Of a stretch of DNA of 64,000 nucleotides, positions 1-10,315 are shown one piece after another (position 1 is the first letter of the stretch; every line of letters starts with the position of its first letter). Location of the stretch: assembly GCA_963794325.1 (NCBI GenBank), contig CAWCDG010000002.1, positions 320,001 to 384,000 on the forward strand, in the 5' to 3' direction. A program made the translations under genes and the position numbers. This DNA comes from an uncultured delta proteobacterium. Lineage in GTDB: Bacteria; Desulfobacterota; Binatia; Binatales; Binataceae. The notes under the pieces were generated by a model, which saw only the letters and a list, made by a program, of their open reading frames with translations, had not been told where the DNA came from and ran no database searches.

Positions 1-345
1 GCGGCGGCGCGGTCCGCATGGCGATTTATCGACCTGTTCGAGCGGCTGGGGCTGACTACGCTGGAGCCGCACTTCATTCTCGATCGTTATAATCCCTCGC
101 ATCCACTGACTGAGAAGGCGATCGAAGCGACGCTCGCCAAATCCATTTACGCAAAAATTCCGGCAGATGACCGGACTTTCGAAACAATCGAGCTGAAGGC
201 GCAGGACCTTTTCCATGTGGCGCCGAATTCTCCGGTGGCGCGCGCCATGTTGGATCTGGCGGCGCTCGTAATGCCGCGGGTGGAACCGGCGGCGCTCCAG
301 GAAACATTCATGTCGCGGCTCAAATCCGCCTTCGGTGCGCATTGA
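1..345 (+). CDS. C-terminal fragment of a CpaE/TadZ-like pilus assembly protein (truncated by window edge)
   Basis: Frame +1 is open from base 1 to TGA 343-345 (AAARSAWRFIDLFERLG...LDRYNP...IEATLAKSIYAKIPADD...APNSPVARAMLDLA). It resembles a MinD/CpaE C-terminus and lies directly upstream of cpaF. Confidence 0.7.
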   Translation, partial: AAARSAWRFIDLFERLGLTTLEPHFILDRYNPSHPLTEKAIEATLAKSIYAKIPADDRTFETIELKAQDLFHVAPNSPVARAMLDLAALVMPRVEPAALQETFMSRLKSAFGAH

Positions 346-379
346 AGTCCGCGTTTTTTGAATCAGTGAGGTAGGCGAG

Positions 380-1762
380 ATGGGACTATCTGAGAGACTC
401 TCGAACGCGACCAAGGGGGGACACACTCCAGAGGGTGCCAGTGCCAGCGGCTCCCTTATCGGCGCGACGGTGCGCCGGCGCAAGGACGCAATCGCTGATA
501 GCTCGCGCCGATTAAAGGTCAAGGTTCACAACAAGCTGTTCGAGACTATCGACGTTTCGAAGCTCGAGACCTTCGAGCCCGCGATGGTGTCCAGCAAAGT
601 TACCGCCGCTATCAACGACATACTCAATGAAGACGGCCGCCTGCTGACGGACATCGACCGTAATCGCCTGATTGAGGAACTCAAGAACGAGTTGCTCGGT
701 CTGGGGCCCCTCGAGCCGTTGCTCCGCGACGACGAGATTACCGACATCCTGGTCAACGGCCACGATCAGGTCTACGTCGAGAAGCGCGGCAAGCTGCACG
801 CAACCGACGTGGTCTTCCAGGACGACGCGCATTTGATGTTGATCATCGATCGCATCGTGTCGCGCGTGGGCCGGCGAGTCGACGAATCGTCGCCGATGGT
901 CGATGCCCGCCTGCCCGACGGCTCGCGTATCAACGCAATCATACCGCCGCTGGCGCTCGACGGACCGGCTCTTTCAATCCGGCGTTTCGGCAAGCATCGC
1001 TTCGACATCGGCGCGCTGGTCGAAAAAGAGGCTCTGACGTGGGACTTGGTCGAGTTCCTGCTCGCCGTCGTTCGCGCGCGCCTTAACGTAATCGTCTGCG
1101 GCGGTACCGGCTCGGGCAAGACCACGATGCTCAATTGCCTCTCGGCATTCGTTCCCGAAGACGAACGAATCGTAACGATCGAGGATTCTGCCGAGCTCTC
1201 GCTGCAGCAACCGCATGTCGTGCGGCTGGAGACGCGGCCGTCCAATCTCGAAGGCCGCGGCGAAGTCACGCAGCGCGACCTGGTCAAGAACTGCCTTCGG
1301 ATGCGCCCTGATCGAATCGTGGTCGGCGAGGTCCGCGGCGCCGAGGTTTTCGACATGTTGCAGGCGATGTCCACCGGCCATGACGGTTCTATCGCGACCA
1401 TCCATGCCAACAGTCCGCGCGAATGTCTGGGCCGCCTCGAGATGATGATGCTGTTGTCGGGCGTTTCGATTCCGCAGCGCGCGATGCGCCAGCAGATTGC
1501 ATCTGCGGTCAACATTATCGTTCACGTTTCCCGCCTGTCAGACGGTTCGCGCAAGGTCATGAAGATCTCCGAGATCAGCGGGATGGAAGGCGAGATGATT
1601 ATGATGCAGGACCTGTTCGAGTTCGTCCGCGCGGACACTACCGCGGCGGGAAAAATCAACGGGAGTTTTCGCTCGACCGGTATCCGTTCGTCTTATACAC
1701 AGCGCCTCGAGACCGCCGGTTACAAAACCGAATCGAAGGTTATCAAAGCGGCGGCGCGATGA
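380..1762 (+). CDS. cpaF: Tad/Flp pilus assembly ATPase CpaF/TadA
   Basis: Walker [47 protein letters not shown]; GAGG RBS; followed by tadB and tadC. Confidence 0.95.
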   Translation: MGLSERLSNATKGGHTPEGASASGSLIGATVRRRKDAIADSSRRLKVKVHNKLFETIDVSKLETFEPAMVSSKVTAAINDILNEDGRLLTDIDRNRLIEELKNELLGLGPLEPLLRDDEITDILVNGHDQVYVEKRGKLHATDVVFQDDAHLMLIIDRIVSRVGRRVDESSPMVDARLPDGSRINAIIPPLALDGPALSIRRFGKHRFDIGALVEKEALTWDLVEFLLAVVRARLNVIVCGGTGSGKTTMLNCLSAFVPEDERIVTIEDSAELSLQQPHVVRLETRPSNLEGRGEVTQRDLVKNCLRMRPDRIVVGEVRGAEVFDMLQAMSTGHDGSIATIHANSPRECLGRLEMMMLLSGVSIPQRAMRQQIASAVNIIVHVSRLSDGSRKVMKISEISGMEGEMIMMQDLFEFVRADTTAAGKINGSFRSTGIRSSYTQRLETAGYKTESKVIKAAAR

Positions 1763-2721
1763 GCCGCGACGATCTACTGATACCAGTTGCGGTGGCCGGC
1801 TTCGTGCTGGTGCTATGCGCATTGTGGTTCGTGCGCCGCGGCTCTCGGCCGGGCGTCACGCGCACCGTGATGCGACGCATGTCGCGTCCCGACGCAATCC
1901 TGGAAGGTGGTATCACCAAGACCGACACTCGTCGTCTGACCGGTCGTGAATTCCTAAGCCGGTTTTATGCGCTGCACCTGCTCCAAAAGCTCGAGGAAAA
2001 CCTCTGGCAGGCGGGAATCTACGCGCGCATCTCTGACGTCCTGCTTGTGATCCTGCTGCTGTTCACGGCGGGTCTGTTCGCCGGCGAGGCTCTCTCGGGC
2101 CACATACTTATCTCGATGGCGATAGGCGGCGCGGTGGCGAGCCTGCCGATAATCTACATCCGGGTGCGCCGGCAGCGGCGGCTGAAGGCGTTCGCCAAGC
2201 AACTGCCGTACGCGCTTGATTTGATCAAATCGTCGCTGGAAGCCGGCCATACCTTGCTGCGTGGTCTGCAAGTGGTAGTGGCAGAGTTCCCTGATCCTAT
2301 CGGCACCGAATTCCGTTCCGCTATCGAGCAGAGCCGCCTTGGATTGCCTCTGCCGCGCTCACTGGAAGAGATGCTCAAGCGAGTGCCGCAGGACGATCTG
2401 CGCCTACTGGTAGTTGCGGTGCGGGTGCAATCGGAAGTGGGCAGCTCGCTGGCGATCATTCTCGGGCGCCTGTCGGAAATCGTTCGCACTCGTCAACGCC
2501 TGCAGCAGCAAATCAAGGCGCTCACGGCCCAATCCAAAATGAGCGGGATACTGGTCGGGTTCCTGCCGATCGTGATGTTGGCTGCGTTCAGCATTATTCA
2601 GCCGAGCTACACCAACACACTTTTCTTCGATCCGACGGGGCAAAAGATTCTGGAAGTCGCCGCCGTGCTCGACACTCTCGCGTTCCTCTCAATTCGCAAG
2701 CTGCTGAAGGTGAAGTACTGA
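1759..2721 (+). CDS. tadB: Tad pilus inner-membrane protein TadB (T2SS F-domain)
   Basis: ATG 1759 overlaps the cpaF stop (ATGA). [17 protein letters not shown]...PIGTEF...[17 protein letters not shown]...[12 protein letters not shown]. Confidence 0.9.
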   Translation: MSRDDLLIPVAVAGFVLVLCALWFVRRGSRPGVTRTVMRRMSRPDAILEGGITKTDTRRLTGREFLSRFYALHLLQKLEENLWQAGIYARISDVLLVILLLFTAGLFAGEALSGHILISMAIGGAVASLPIIYIRVRRQRRLKAFAKQLPYALDLIKSSLEAGHTLLRGLQVVVAEFPDPIGTEFRSAIEQSRLGLPLPRSLEEMLKRVPQDDLRLLVVAVRVQSEVGSSLAIILGRLSEIVRTRQRLQQQIKALTAQSKMSGILVGFLPIVMLAAFSIIQPSYTNTLFFDPTGQKILEVAAVLDTLAFLSIRKLLKVKY

Positions 2722-2730
2722 GTACCTGCC

Positions 2731-3678
2731 ATGCCGGCGATCTATGCAAGTCTGACGGTGTTTCTGTTGTTTGGCGCGGTCTCCGTCGCGATCTACGCGG
2801 CCATCTATGGGATCAATCGCCCGTTCGACGATCGGATCGCCGACATCGGGGTCAAGATGCGGGTCGCCTACGGGAATCCCGAGAACGTGGACATGGACTC
2901 GGACTCGTTCGCGAACACGCTTTTCCGGTGGGTCGCCAAACATCTGCCGGAACCGGCGCTGAACACGCCGGAGCGCGAGAAGCTTTCGCAGACTATGGTC
3001 CGGGCCGGGTATTCGGGGTCGGGCGCGGTCCGCACCTTTCACTTCATCCGTCTCGCGTCGACCGCGGGAACTGCGCTGCTTGCGATGGTCGCCGCGATAG
3101 CTTTTGGTTTTCACGGGATCAAGCCGCTGGTGGCTATAATCGTCGGGGCGGGCGTTGGCGTGTTCATCCCCAACTACTACATCGGCCGCAAAGCCCGGAA
3201 CCGGCGCGACCAAATCGCCAGCCAACTCTCAGACGTGCTGGATCTGCTGGTAGTGTGCGTCGAATCCGGTCTCGGCCTGAGCGAGGCGATCAAGATCGTG
3301 GGCTCCGAATGCCTCCGCCAAAAGCAGGAAATAGGCGCTGAACTGTCGATGGTCTCTGCTGAGCTTTCCGCCGGCAGCACACTTGGCCAGGCGCTGAAGA
3401 GTTTCGCCGACCGCACCGCGGTCGAGGACATTAAGCCGCTGGCCGCAACGCTGGTGCAAAGCGAAAAGCTGGGTGCGCAAATTGGCCCCGCGCTTCGCTC
3501 GATCTCGGACACGATGCGCACCACCCGCCGGTTGCGCGCCGAAGAAGCGGCCGCCAAAACCACCGTCAAGATTCTGTTCCCGCTGGTGCTGTTCATTTTG
3601 CCCGCGATGATGAGCGTGATCGTCGGCCCGGCGATGATTCAGATCATGCGCGCGCTCACTGGGGTTCATACGCAATAG
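2731..3678 (+). CDS. tadC: Tad pilus inner-membrane protein TadC
   Basis: LSDVLDLLVVCVESGLGL...QSEKLGAQIGPALR...RRLRAEEAAAKTTVKILFPLVLFILPA. Confidence 0.92.
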   Translation: MPAIYASLTVFLLFGAVSVAIYAAIYGINRPFDDRIADIGVKMRVAYGNPENVDMDSDSFANTLFRWVAKHLPEPALNTPEREKLSQTMVRAGYSGSGAVRTFHFIRLASTAGTALLAMVAAIAFGFHGIKPLVAIIVGAGVGVFIPNYYIGRKARNRRDQIASQLSDVLDLLVVCVESGLGLSEAIKIVGSECLRQKQEIGAELSMVSAELSAGSTLGQALKSFADRTAVEDIKPLAATLVQSEKLGAQIGPALRSISDTMRTTRRLRAEEAAAKTTVKILFPLVLFILPAMMSVIVGPAMIQIMRALTGVHTQ

Positions 3679-3725
3679 CAGCCCTCGCTCTTGACGCGGG
3701 CGGATCGGCGCAATACCGATCGATC

Positions 3726-4211
3726 ATGGCTGACTCGGAACCGCGCACGCGCGCCCTCGAACTGTGGAACGAGGCGATCCGCTTTCACATGAACCACGAG
3801 CTCGAACGCGCGGTAGAGCTCTACACGAAATCGATCGAAGTTTTTCCAACCGCGGAGGCTTACACGTTTCGCGGGTGGGCGTTCGAGGGAATGGGGCGAA
3901 TCGACGACGCGATCGCGGAATGCCACCGCGCTATCGAAGTCGATCCCGCATTTGGCAATCCGTACAACGATATCGGCGCGTACCTGATCGCCAAGGGCGA
4001 GCTCGACGAGGCGATTCCGTGGCTCGAGAAAGCCAAGACGGCGCCGCGCTACGATCCGCGTCACTTCCCGTTCATGAATCTGGGTCGAATCTACGCGGCC
4101 AAGGGAATGGTGAAGCGCGCCATCGACGAATTCGAAGGTGCGCTCGGATTCGCGCCCGGCGATCCAACGTGCGCATCCGCGCTGAAACAACTCCGCGCCC
4201 TGTTGAATTGA
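3726..4211 (+). CDS. Tetratricopeptide repeat protein
   Basis: Repeated TPR patterns (AEAYTFRGW, GNPYNDIGAYL, FMNLGRIY). Confidence 0.85.
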   Translation: MADSEPRTRALELWNEAIRFHMNHELERAVELYTKSIEVFPTAEAYTFRGWAFEGMGRIDDAIAECHRAIEVDPAFGNPYNDIGAYLIAKGELDEAIPWLEKAKTAPRYDPRHFPFMNLGRIYAAKGMVKRAIDEFEGALGFAPGDPTCASALKQLRALLN

Positions 4212-4212
4212 G

Positions 4213-4659
4213 ATGATCAAAGTTGGAGAGTCGGCGCCCGATTTCACGCTGGCCGCACACGACGGCGGAACACTCTCGCTGAAGAGTCTTCGCGGGGCGA
4301 AAGTGCTCTTGTGGTTTTTCGTCGAGGCCAACACGCCCGGCTGCACGCTCGAAGGACGCGGCTTTCGCGACCATCAATCATATTTTGACGAAAACAATAT
4401 CCGTGTGGTCGGCGTTAGCTTCGACTCGATCGATGACAATGCGGCGTTCGCCGGCCGGCACGAATTCGGATTCCCGCTTCTGAGCGACGTCGATCGCGCC
4501 GTCGCGCTGGCATACGGCGCGTGTTCGGGATCGGACGCCAGGTATCCCGACCGCGTGAGTTTTCTGATCGACGAGAGCGGCGCGATCGAACGAGTGTACG
4601 ACCAGGTCGATCCTCGGGACCATCCGGCGCGTGTGCTGGCCGACGTTCTCGGCGTGTGA
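4213..4659 (+). CDS. bcp: Peroxiredoxin, BCP/PrxQ type
   Basis: APDFTL, ANTPGCT peroxidatic motif, VVGVSFD, FPLLSD, RVSFLID. Confidence 0.85.
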   Translation: MIKVGESAPDFTLAAHDGGTLSLKSLRGAKVLLWFFVEANTPGCTLEGRGFRDHQSYFDENNIRVVGVSFDSIDDNAAFAGRHEFGFPLLSDVDRAVALAYGACSGSDARYPDRVSFLIDESGAIERVYDQVDPRDHPARVLADVLGV

Positions 4660-4662
4660 TCG

Positions 4663-5463
4663 ATGGCGCATCCTCAGATGAAAGTCCGCGCCGTCATCTT
4701 CGACCTCGACGAAACTTTGATCGAAGAAGAGGCCTCCAACGACGCTTCCGTTCTGACTGCCGCCGATATTGCCGCCGCTCGCCACGGCGTCGATCGGGTC
4801 GCGCTGCTAGCCGGATTGCGCAAACGCTCGCGCGAGCTGTTTCTCGCCGGCCCGATGATCGACTACTGCCGCAACATCGGCATCAGCACGCGCGAAGCAT
4901 TATGGGGTTCGTTCATCGGCGAGGACCCTCGGCTCGCGCAGCTTCGCAATTGGATGCCCACATACAGGCTGCGATCGTGGGCGGCGGCGTTGGAAGAAGT
5001 CGGCGTCGACGACCCGCCGCTCGCCGCGGAGCTCGTCGATTTCTTCATGATCGATCGAAGCCGCCGCCATGTCGTATTCACCGAGTCAGAGCAGGTCCTG
5101 CACGAGTTGAAGAAAGATTTTCGGCTCGGGCTAATCACCAACGGCGCGCCTGATATCCAGGGCGCCAAAATTGACGGTTCGAAGCTCGCCAGCTTTTTCG
5201 AAACGATCATCATCTCCGGCGAACACGGATTCGGAAAGCCCGACCTCAGGATTTTTCGACTGGCTTTGGAACGGCTGAAAGTCGCGCCGCACGAAGCGGT
5301 AATGGTAGGCGACAGTCTCGACCGCGATATCGTCGGCGCCCGCGACGCAGGAATCCGCACGGTCTGGATCAATCGTCGCAACCGAACGCTCACCGATAGC
5401 CATCCCGTCCCAGATGTCGTGCTGATGGACCTGCGCGACTTGCCGACTCTGCTTAAGCGGTAA
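4663..5463 (+). CDS. HAD-superfamily hydrolase (subfamily IA)
   Basis: FDLDETL motif I, ITNG, GKPD, MVGDSLDRDIVGA. Confidence 0.9.
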   Translation: MAHPQMKVRAVIFDLDETLIEEEASNDASVLTAADIAAARHGVDRVALLAGLRKRSRELFLAGPMIDYCRNIGISTREALWGSFIGEDPRLAQLRNWMPTYRLRSWAAALEEVGVDDPPLAAELVDFFMIDRSRRHVVFTESEQVLHELKKDFRLGLITNGAPDIQGAKIDGSKLASFFETIIISGEHGFGKPDLRIFRLALERLKVAPHEAVMVGDSLDRDIVGARDAGIRTVWINRRNRTLTDSHPVPDVVLMDLRDLPTLLKR

Positions 5464-5678
5464 GACTGACCGGCATCCAGGCAGCGGCAAATCAATGTCG
5501 CATCCTGAGGGTCGATGCCACGGAGTTGCCGTATCGAGTGCGCGATGCAGACCGTTGCGCTTTGTTGGTTACCACAGACAATCGTTCAGTGAGTGTCCCG
5601 ATTCTGCGACAGTGGCCCCTCATTTGCTCTCTTGAAATAGCTATCGACCCGCAATCGCAGGCGGGAGCAGGGGGATTA

Positions 5679-6836
5679 GTGCAGCGCGAGGACACTCAGG
5701 GAGGAACAGGATCCACGGCCGTATCGGCGACTGTCGGCGACGGTGTTAGCGAGATCGTCTCGCTATCCCAGATAGTGCATAGTGCGGACCGCCTTGGGGG
5801 GATGGTGGTGCGTTCGGCGCAGGTGCGCAAGGTGCTCAAGTCGGTATCGCAGCTGAGCCCGTACAAGGCGACGGTGCTGATTTCGGGCGAATCGGGAACC
5901 GGCAAGGAGCTGGTTGCGCGCGCGCTTCATACATTGGGTCCGGTTCCAAACGGTCCGTTCGTGACGCTGAATTGTTCCAACCTGGTCGAGGCGTTGGCCG
6001 AGTCGCAGTTGTTCGGTCACATACGTGGCGCCTTTACCGACGCGCGCGAGGAGTCTCAGGGTTATTTCCGGGCGGCGAACGGCGGCACGCTGTTTCTCGA
6101 CGAGATCGGTGAGTTGCCGCTCAAGCTGCAGCCCAAGTTGCTGCGCTCTGTCGAGACGCATGAAGTTCAGCCGGTCGGTTCGTCGCATAGTTACAAGGTT
6201 AATTTGCGGCTGGTCGCGGCGACGAATCGCGACTTGCGCGCGATGGTCAAAGCGGGGACCTTTCGCGACGACCTGTACTTCCGGATGAGTGCGGCGGCGA
6301 TCTTTATCCCGCCGCTGCGCGAGCGCCGCGAGGCAATCCCGGCCTTCATCGGATTTTTCATCGAACAATACAATCATCTGTTCGGCAAAGATGTCTCGGA
6401 GATCTCGCGCGCCGCTATCGATATCCTGTGCGCGTATCAATGGCCGGGAAATGTGCGGGAGCTCTCCAACGCGATCGAAAGCGCGGTTATCGTAAGCGAG
6501 AACAATCGAATTGTCGTATCTGATCTTCCTGAGCAGGTGGTGGATGGAACCGGCGCTGAGTTGTTGAACTCGCAAGTGGAAACCCACTCCAACGGTCATC
6601 AGCCTGCGCCAGTCGTGCATCGCGGGCCTCCGATCGACTTCGGTTCCGAGCCGCTGGGCTTTTTGCTCGATGACGTTATCAAGAAGACGCTGGTGCGCTC
6701 GCTCGAAGAGACCGAAGGAAATCGACGCCGCGCCGCCGACTTGCTCGGCGTGTCACGCTCGACGCTATACCGGATGCTGACCCGCTACGGTATCGCCGAG
6801 AATCCGCACCGCCTCGTGGTCCAGCCAACGCTGTAA
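5679..6836 (+). CDS. Sigma-54-dependent transcriptional activator (AAA+ and Fis HTH) with no obvious N-terminal sensor domain
   Basis: GESGTGKE, LFGHIRGAFTDA, LFLDEIGE, FRDDLYFR, WPGNVREL, C-terminal GNRRRAADLLGVSRSTLYR. GTG start at 5679 after a GGGAG/GGGG RBS-like sequence; start is uncertain. Confidence 0.88.
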   Translation: MQREDTQGGTGSTAVSATVGDGVSEIVSLSQIVHSADRLGGMVVRSAQVRKVLKSVSQLSPYKATVLISGESGTGKELVARALHTLGPVPNGPFVTLNCSNLVEALAESQLFGHIRGAFTDAREESQGYFRAANGGTLFLDEIGELPLKLQPKLLRSVETHEVQPVGSSHSYKVNLRLVAATNRDLRAMVKAGTFRDDLYFRMSAAAIFIPPLRERREAIPAFIGFFIEQYNHLFGKDVSEISRAAIDILCAYQWPGNVRELSNAIESAVIVSENNRIVVSDLPEQVVDGTGAELLNSQVETHSNGHQPAPVVHRGPPIDFGSEPLGFLLDDVIKKTLVRSLEETEGNRRRAADLLGVSRSTLYRMLTRYGIAENPHRLVVQPTL

Positions 6837-6903
6837 GGCTGAGGCTGCGCCGAAATCGCGAAGGCTGGAAAACTTCGCGCGCTTCGATAAGAATTTCTTG
6901 GCT

Positions 6904-7200
6904 ATGATGAAGTTTGCGCGACTTGTTGCGACGCTTGCCGCATTCGCTATTCTCGCCGCTGATTTCCCTGCTATGGCCGCGTCGCCTTCGCCGGAGCTGG
7001 TCAATCTCGAGCGTCAGGTCTCTCTCGAGCTGGCGCACGTGCGTGACAGCGGACCCACCGATCCCGCCAAACGGAAACAGCTCTTCGACGCGAGCCAGTT
7101 GGAGCAGAAGGGTGAGGCGGCGATCAAATCCGGCGACTACAAATCGGCCGAGGACAGCCTGCTGCAGGCGCGCGCGATCCTGCGCCAGCTCTCCGACTGA
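6904..7200 (+). CDS. Small secreted helical hypothetical protein
   Basis: Signal peptide (MMKFARLVATLAAFAILAADFPAMA) followed by amphipathic helices. Confidence 0.7.
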   Translation: MMKFARLVATLAAFAILAADFPAMAASPSPELVNLERQVSLELAHVRDSGPTDPAKRKQLFDASQLEQKGEAAIKSGDYKSAEDSLLQARAILRQLSD

Positions 7201-7218
7201 CGGCTTGCGGCGCAATCA

Positions 7219-7338
7219 GTAGGGCGGGCCGCCGTGCCCGCCCTCTCCTCAAGGCTGCGGCCGCGCCCAGCCTAATTTGTTGGTAGGCGTGGGCGCGGAC
7301 GCCCGCGCTTCGATGGCGGGCACGGCGGCCCGCCCCAC
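7219..7338. repeat. REP doublet (REPIN-like): inverted pair of GTAG/GTGG-type REPs
   Basis: GTAGGGCGGGCCGCCGTGCCCGCC (7219-7242) and its inverted copy GGCGGGCACGGCGGCCCGCCCCAC (7315-7338, one mismatch). Inner arms CCGCGCCCAGCCTA and TAGGCGTGGGCGCGG also pair. Confidence 0.75.
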
Positions 7339-7388
7339 TAATTTCATAGCGCGTGCGGGTTCTGGTAAGTTCTAATTGCGAGTTCGAA

Positions 7389-8549
7389 ATGAGTGGTTCG
7401 GATCAAATCTGGGCTGAGGCATTGCGCACGCTGGAGCGCGGTCAGCGATTTGCGCTGGCGACGGTGGTCAACGTTCGTGGCTCGACGCCGCGTGAGGTCG
7501 GGGCCAAAATGATCGTTCGCGAGGATGGGCAGTTCGGCACGATCGGCGGCGGATGCGGCGAGGCCGAGGTTTTTCGAAAAGCTCGTGTATTACTTGAAGA
7601 AAAAGGAAGCAGCGGCGCACGCCTGGCAGAAGTCGATCTCACCGGCGATTTCGACCAGCGTGAGATCGGGACATGCGGCGGAATAATGGACGTGTTCGTG
7701 GACCTGTGGTCGCCCGCCCGCGATCTGGGAATCGCGCGCAAACTGGCCGACGCCGCCGGCCGCAGTGCTCCCGGTGCGTTGCTGACGGTGGTCGATTCCG
7801 GTTCGCGATCGGAGCTGCCGGTTGGTTCGCGGACGTTCATCGATCCTCATGATGCGGCTGCCCGCGATGCGGGGCCGATCGATCTGCCTGCGGCAGGGTT
7901 CGCCGAGATCATCGAACGCACCACCGATGCGATTCCCGCGTTGCTCGAAGTCGATGGCGCCGGATCGCTTCAGTCGATTACGCATCTCGAACCGAACGGC
8001 GGTGTGCGCTTGTTCGTCGATCCGATCGTCGGTGCGCAGCGCCTGATAATCGCCGGCGCGGGCCATATCGCGGTGCCGTTGTGCGCGCTTGGAGTCATGC
8101 TTGGATTTCACGTGACAGTCATCGACGATCGCGCGTCGTTTGCGAATCGCGAGCGGTTTTCCGAGGCTGACGAAATAATCGTCCAGCCCTTCAAGGCGGC
8201 GATCGACTCGCTCGCGCTCGACGGCCACTGCTACCTGGTGAGCGTCACGCGCGGTCATTCGTTCGATGAGGAAGTGGTGCGGGCAGCGCTGATGCAGCCT
8301 TGCGGATTCGTCGGGATGATCGGTTCGCGCCGCCGGGTGAAAGCCATGCTCGAGAGAATCGGCGAGAGCGGTATTTCTAAAGAGCGCCTGGCCGATGTTC
8401 ACGCGCCGCTCGGAGTCGCGATCGGCGGCGAGACGCCCGAGGAGATCGCGATTTCGATCATCGCCGAAATTATTCGCGAGCGCCGCACCGAAGAGCGGGA
8501 CGAGTTCACACTCGGTGTCCGCTTCGGCAATCTCAAACGCTCGAAGTAG
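7389..8549 (+). CDS. xdhC: XdhC/CoxI family molybdoenzyme accessory protein
   Basis: GSTPREVGAKM, GTIGGGCGE, CGGIMDV, GAGHIA, VTRGH, GMIGSRRR, HAPLGVAIGGETPEEIAISI. Confidence 0.92.
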   Translation: MSGSDQIWAEALRTLERGQRFALATVVNVRGSTPREVGAKMIVREDGQFGTIGGGCGEAEVFRKARVLLEEKGSSGARLAEVDLTGDFDQREIGTCGGIMDVFVDLWSPARDLGIARKLADAAGRSAPGALLTVVDSGSRSELPVGSRTFIDPHDAAARDAGPIDLPAAGFAEIIERTTDAIPALLEVDGAGSLQSITHLEPNGGVRLFVDPIVGAQRLIIAGAGHIAVPLCALGVMLGFHVTVIDDRASFANRERFSEADEIIVQPFKAAIDSLALDGHCYLVSVTRGHSFDEEVVRAALMQPCGFVGMIGSRRRVKAMLERIGESGISKERLADVHAPLGVAIGGETPEEIAISIIAEIIRERRTEERDEFTLGVRFGNLKRSK

Positions 8550-8560
8550 CAACCTTATTG

Positions 8561-9184
8561 ATGCGGGATCATCTCGAGGGAATCATCCTGGCCGCGGGCG
8601 AATCGCGCCGGATGGGCTATCCGAAGCCGCTCCTGAAAATCGGTGATCGAACTTTTATCGAGCAGATAGCCGAGACGATGCTCGCAGTCGTGCCGCGGCT
8701 GGTGATTGTAATCGGGGCGCATGGCGATCGCGTTCGCGCGGCGATTCCGAATGATGCTCGTATCGCGATCGTCGAGAATCCGAACTATGAGCGCGGACAG
8801 TTGTCGTCGCTGAAGGTTGGCCTCGGCGCTCTCCAGCCTGACGCGGCGGGCGCGCTGGTGCATCTCGGAGATCATCCGTTGGTCAAGGTCGAAACGTTCC
8901 GGGCAGTTGTCGATTCGTATAATCAAACTCACAAGCCAATCCTGGTCGCACGCCACGACGGCCACCGCGGCCATCCGGTGATTTTCGATCGCGCAGTATT
9001 TTATGAACTCCAGGCGGCCCCCGAAGAAGAGGGCGCCCGCCACGTGGTAAACGCCAACCCGTCGCGGGTATTCTGTGTGGACCTGCCCGATCCGGGAATC
9101 AATCTGGATTTGGACACGCCGTCCGACCTGATCCGCGCAGGCTTACCTCCACCCCCGGGGCATAAGTCGGGCGAAAACGTGTAA
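8561..9184 (+). CDS. mocA: MocA-like nucleotidyltransferase (molybdenum cofactor cytidylyltransferase family)
   Basis: ILAAGESRRMGYPKPLL, GQLSSLKVG, LGDHP, GHPVIF, DLDTPSD; adjacent to xdhC. Confidence 0.8.
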   Translation: MRDHLEGIILAAGESRRMGYPKPLLKIGDRTFIEQIAETMLAVVPRLVIVIGAHGDRVRAAIPNDARIAIVENPNYERGQLSSLKVGLGALQPDAAGALVHLGDHPLVKVETFRAVVDSYNQTHKPILVARHDGHRGHPVIFDRAVFYELQAAPEEEGARHVVNANPSRVFCVDLPDPGINLDLDTPSDLIRAGLPPPPGHKSGENV

Positions 9185-9218
9185 CCGTTGGCGACATGAA
9201 GCGTATTAATAAACAGTT

Positions 9219-9851
9219 ATGTTGGGTCGCTCGGCGCGTCGAAGGGCAGGGTGGAGATTGAGCGACAAACCCGACGAGGAACTGATAGCCGAAGTCCTCG
9301 GCGGGCAGAATGACGCCTTCGCCGAGCTGGCTGGGCGGCATCGGCCACGAGTTGAGCGATTATGCAGGCGATTTTTCTCGGACGAAGAAATGGCGCGCGA
9401 CATCGCGCAGGAGAGTTTCATCCGGGCGTACACCGCGCTGGCGACGTATCGAGCGGAGATGCCGTTTGGCGGATGGCTCCGCGCGATCGTAGTGAATCTG
9501 TGCTACGACGAGTTGCGCCGGCGGCGACGGCGTCCCGAGGAACTGGTCGGGGATTTCAGCGCGCCGGAAGTGCAATGGATGCAGACGGCGAACGTCGCGT
9601 CGCCGGAGGATATCGTCGGTGATGCCGAAGAGCGGCGCGAAGCTTATGATTTGGCGCATCGCCTGCTCGATACGCTCAAGCCCGACGACCGGATGGTGAT
9701 GGTGCTGAAAGAAAGTGAAGATTTAAGCGTCAGCGAAATCGCGGAGACGCTTGGATGGAGTGAGGCGAAGGTAAAAATCCGCGCGTTCCGCGCTCGGCAG
9801 GCACTGCGCAAACAGGCAGAGCGGATGCTCGCAGCGGGGCGCAACAGGTAA
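9219..9851 (+). CDS. ECF RNA polymerase sigma factor
   Basis: DIAQESFIRAY, FGGWLRAIVVNLCYD (region 2); LSVSEIAETLGWSEAKVKIRAFRAR (region 4). The true start may be slightly downstream. Confidence 0.92.
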   Translation: MLGRSARRRAGWRLSDKPDEELIAEVLGGQNDAFAELAGRHRPRVERLCRRFFSDEEMARDIAQESFIRAYTALATYRAEMPFGGWLRAIVVNLCYDELRRRRRRPEELVGDFSAPEVQWMQTANVASPEDIVGDAEERREAYDLAHRLLDTLKPDDRMVMVLKESEDLSVSEIAETLGWSEAKVKIRAFRARQALRKQAERMLAAGRNR

Positions 9852-9856
9852 CGGCA

Positions 9857-10315
9857 ATGAATTGTTTTGAAGCACGACAGGAATTTCCCGCGCTGTGGCG
9901 CAAACAGTTGACAGCGGAGCGTCGGGACGAACTACTGGCGCATCTGAAGGGATGCGAGAAATGCGATCATGCGTTTCGCGTCTTTGCGTTGACGGCGCCG
10001 GTGCTGCATGGCGAGATGGACCAGCAGGCATCACGGGTAGCGCGGCCCGCGCGTCGCGAATTCTCGCTGGCAGACAGGCCGCGCCGATTCGCGTCGGTGA
10101 CGCGCGAGGCGCCGCGCCCGAATCGATGGCTCCCAATGGCGGCGGCTGCCGCGATTTTTGTATTCGCTACCAGCGCGGCATATCTTTCGACGCGCTCGCC
10201 GAACGAGTCTCTTGGCGAGGCGTTATCGGTTCCCGAGTTGAGCTTGAGTCCCGAAACGGCGGGCGATCCATTGGCACCGGAGATGCCACTGACAGAGAAC
10301 GATCTTGCCAGCTAA
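9857..10315 (+). CDS. Zinc-binding (ZAS/zf-HC2) membrane anti-sigma factor
   Basis: MNCFE...AHLKGCEKC (HxxxCxxC), a single TM segment, directly after the ECF sigma gene. Confidence 0.85.
   Translation: MNCFEARQEFPALWRKQLTAERRDELLAHLKGCEKCDHAFRVFALTAPVLHGEMDQQASRVARPARREFSLADRPRRFASVTREAPRPNRWLPMAAAAAIFVFATSAAYLSTRSPNESLGEALSVPELSLSPETAGDPLAPEMPLTENDLAS

Noticed and set aside
4213-4659. Selenocysteine peroxiredoxin
   Set aside because: The peroxidatic codon is TGC (Cys) and there is no in-frame TGA.
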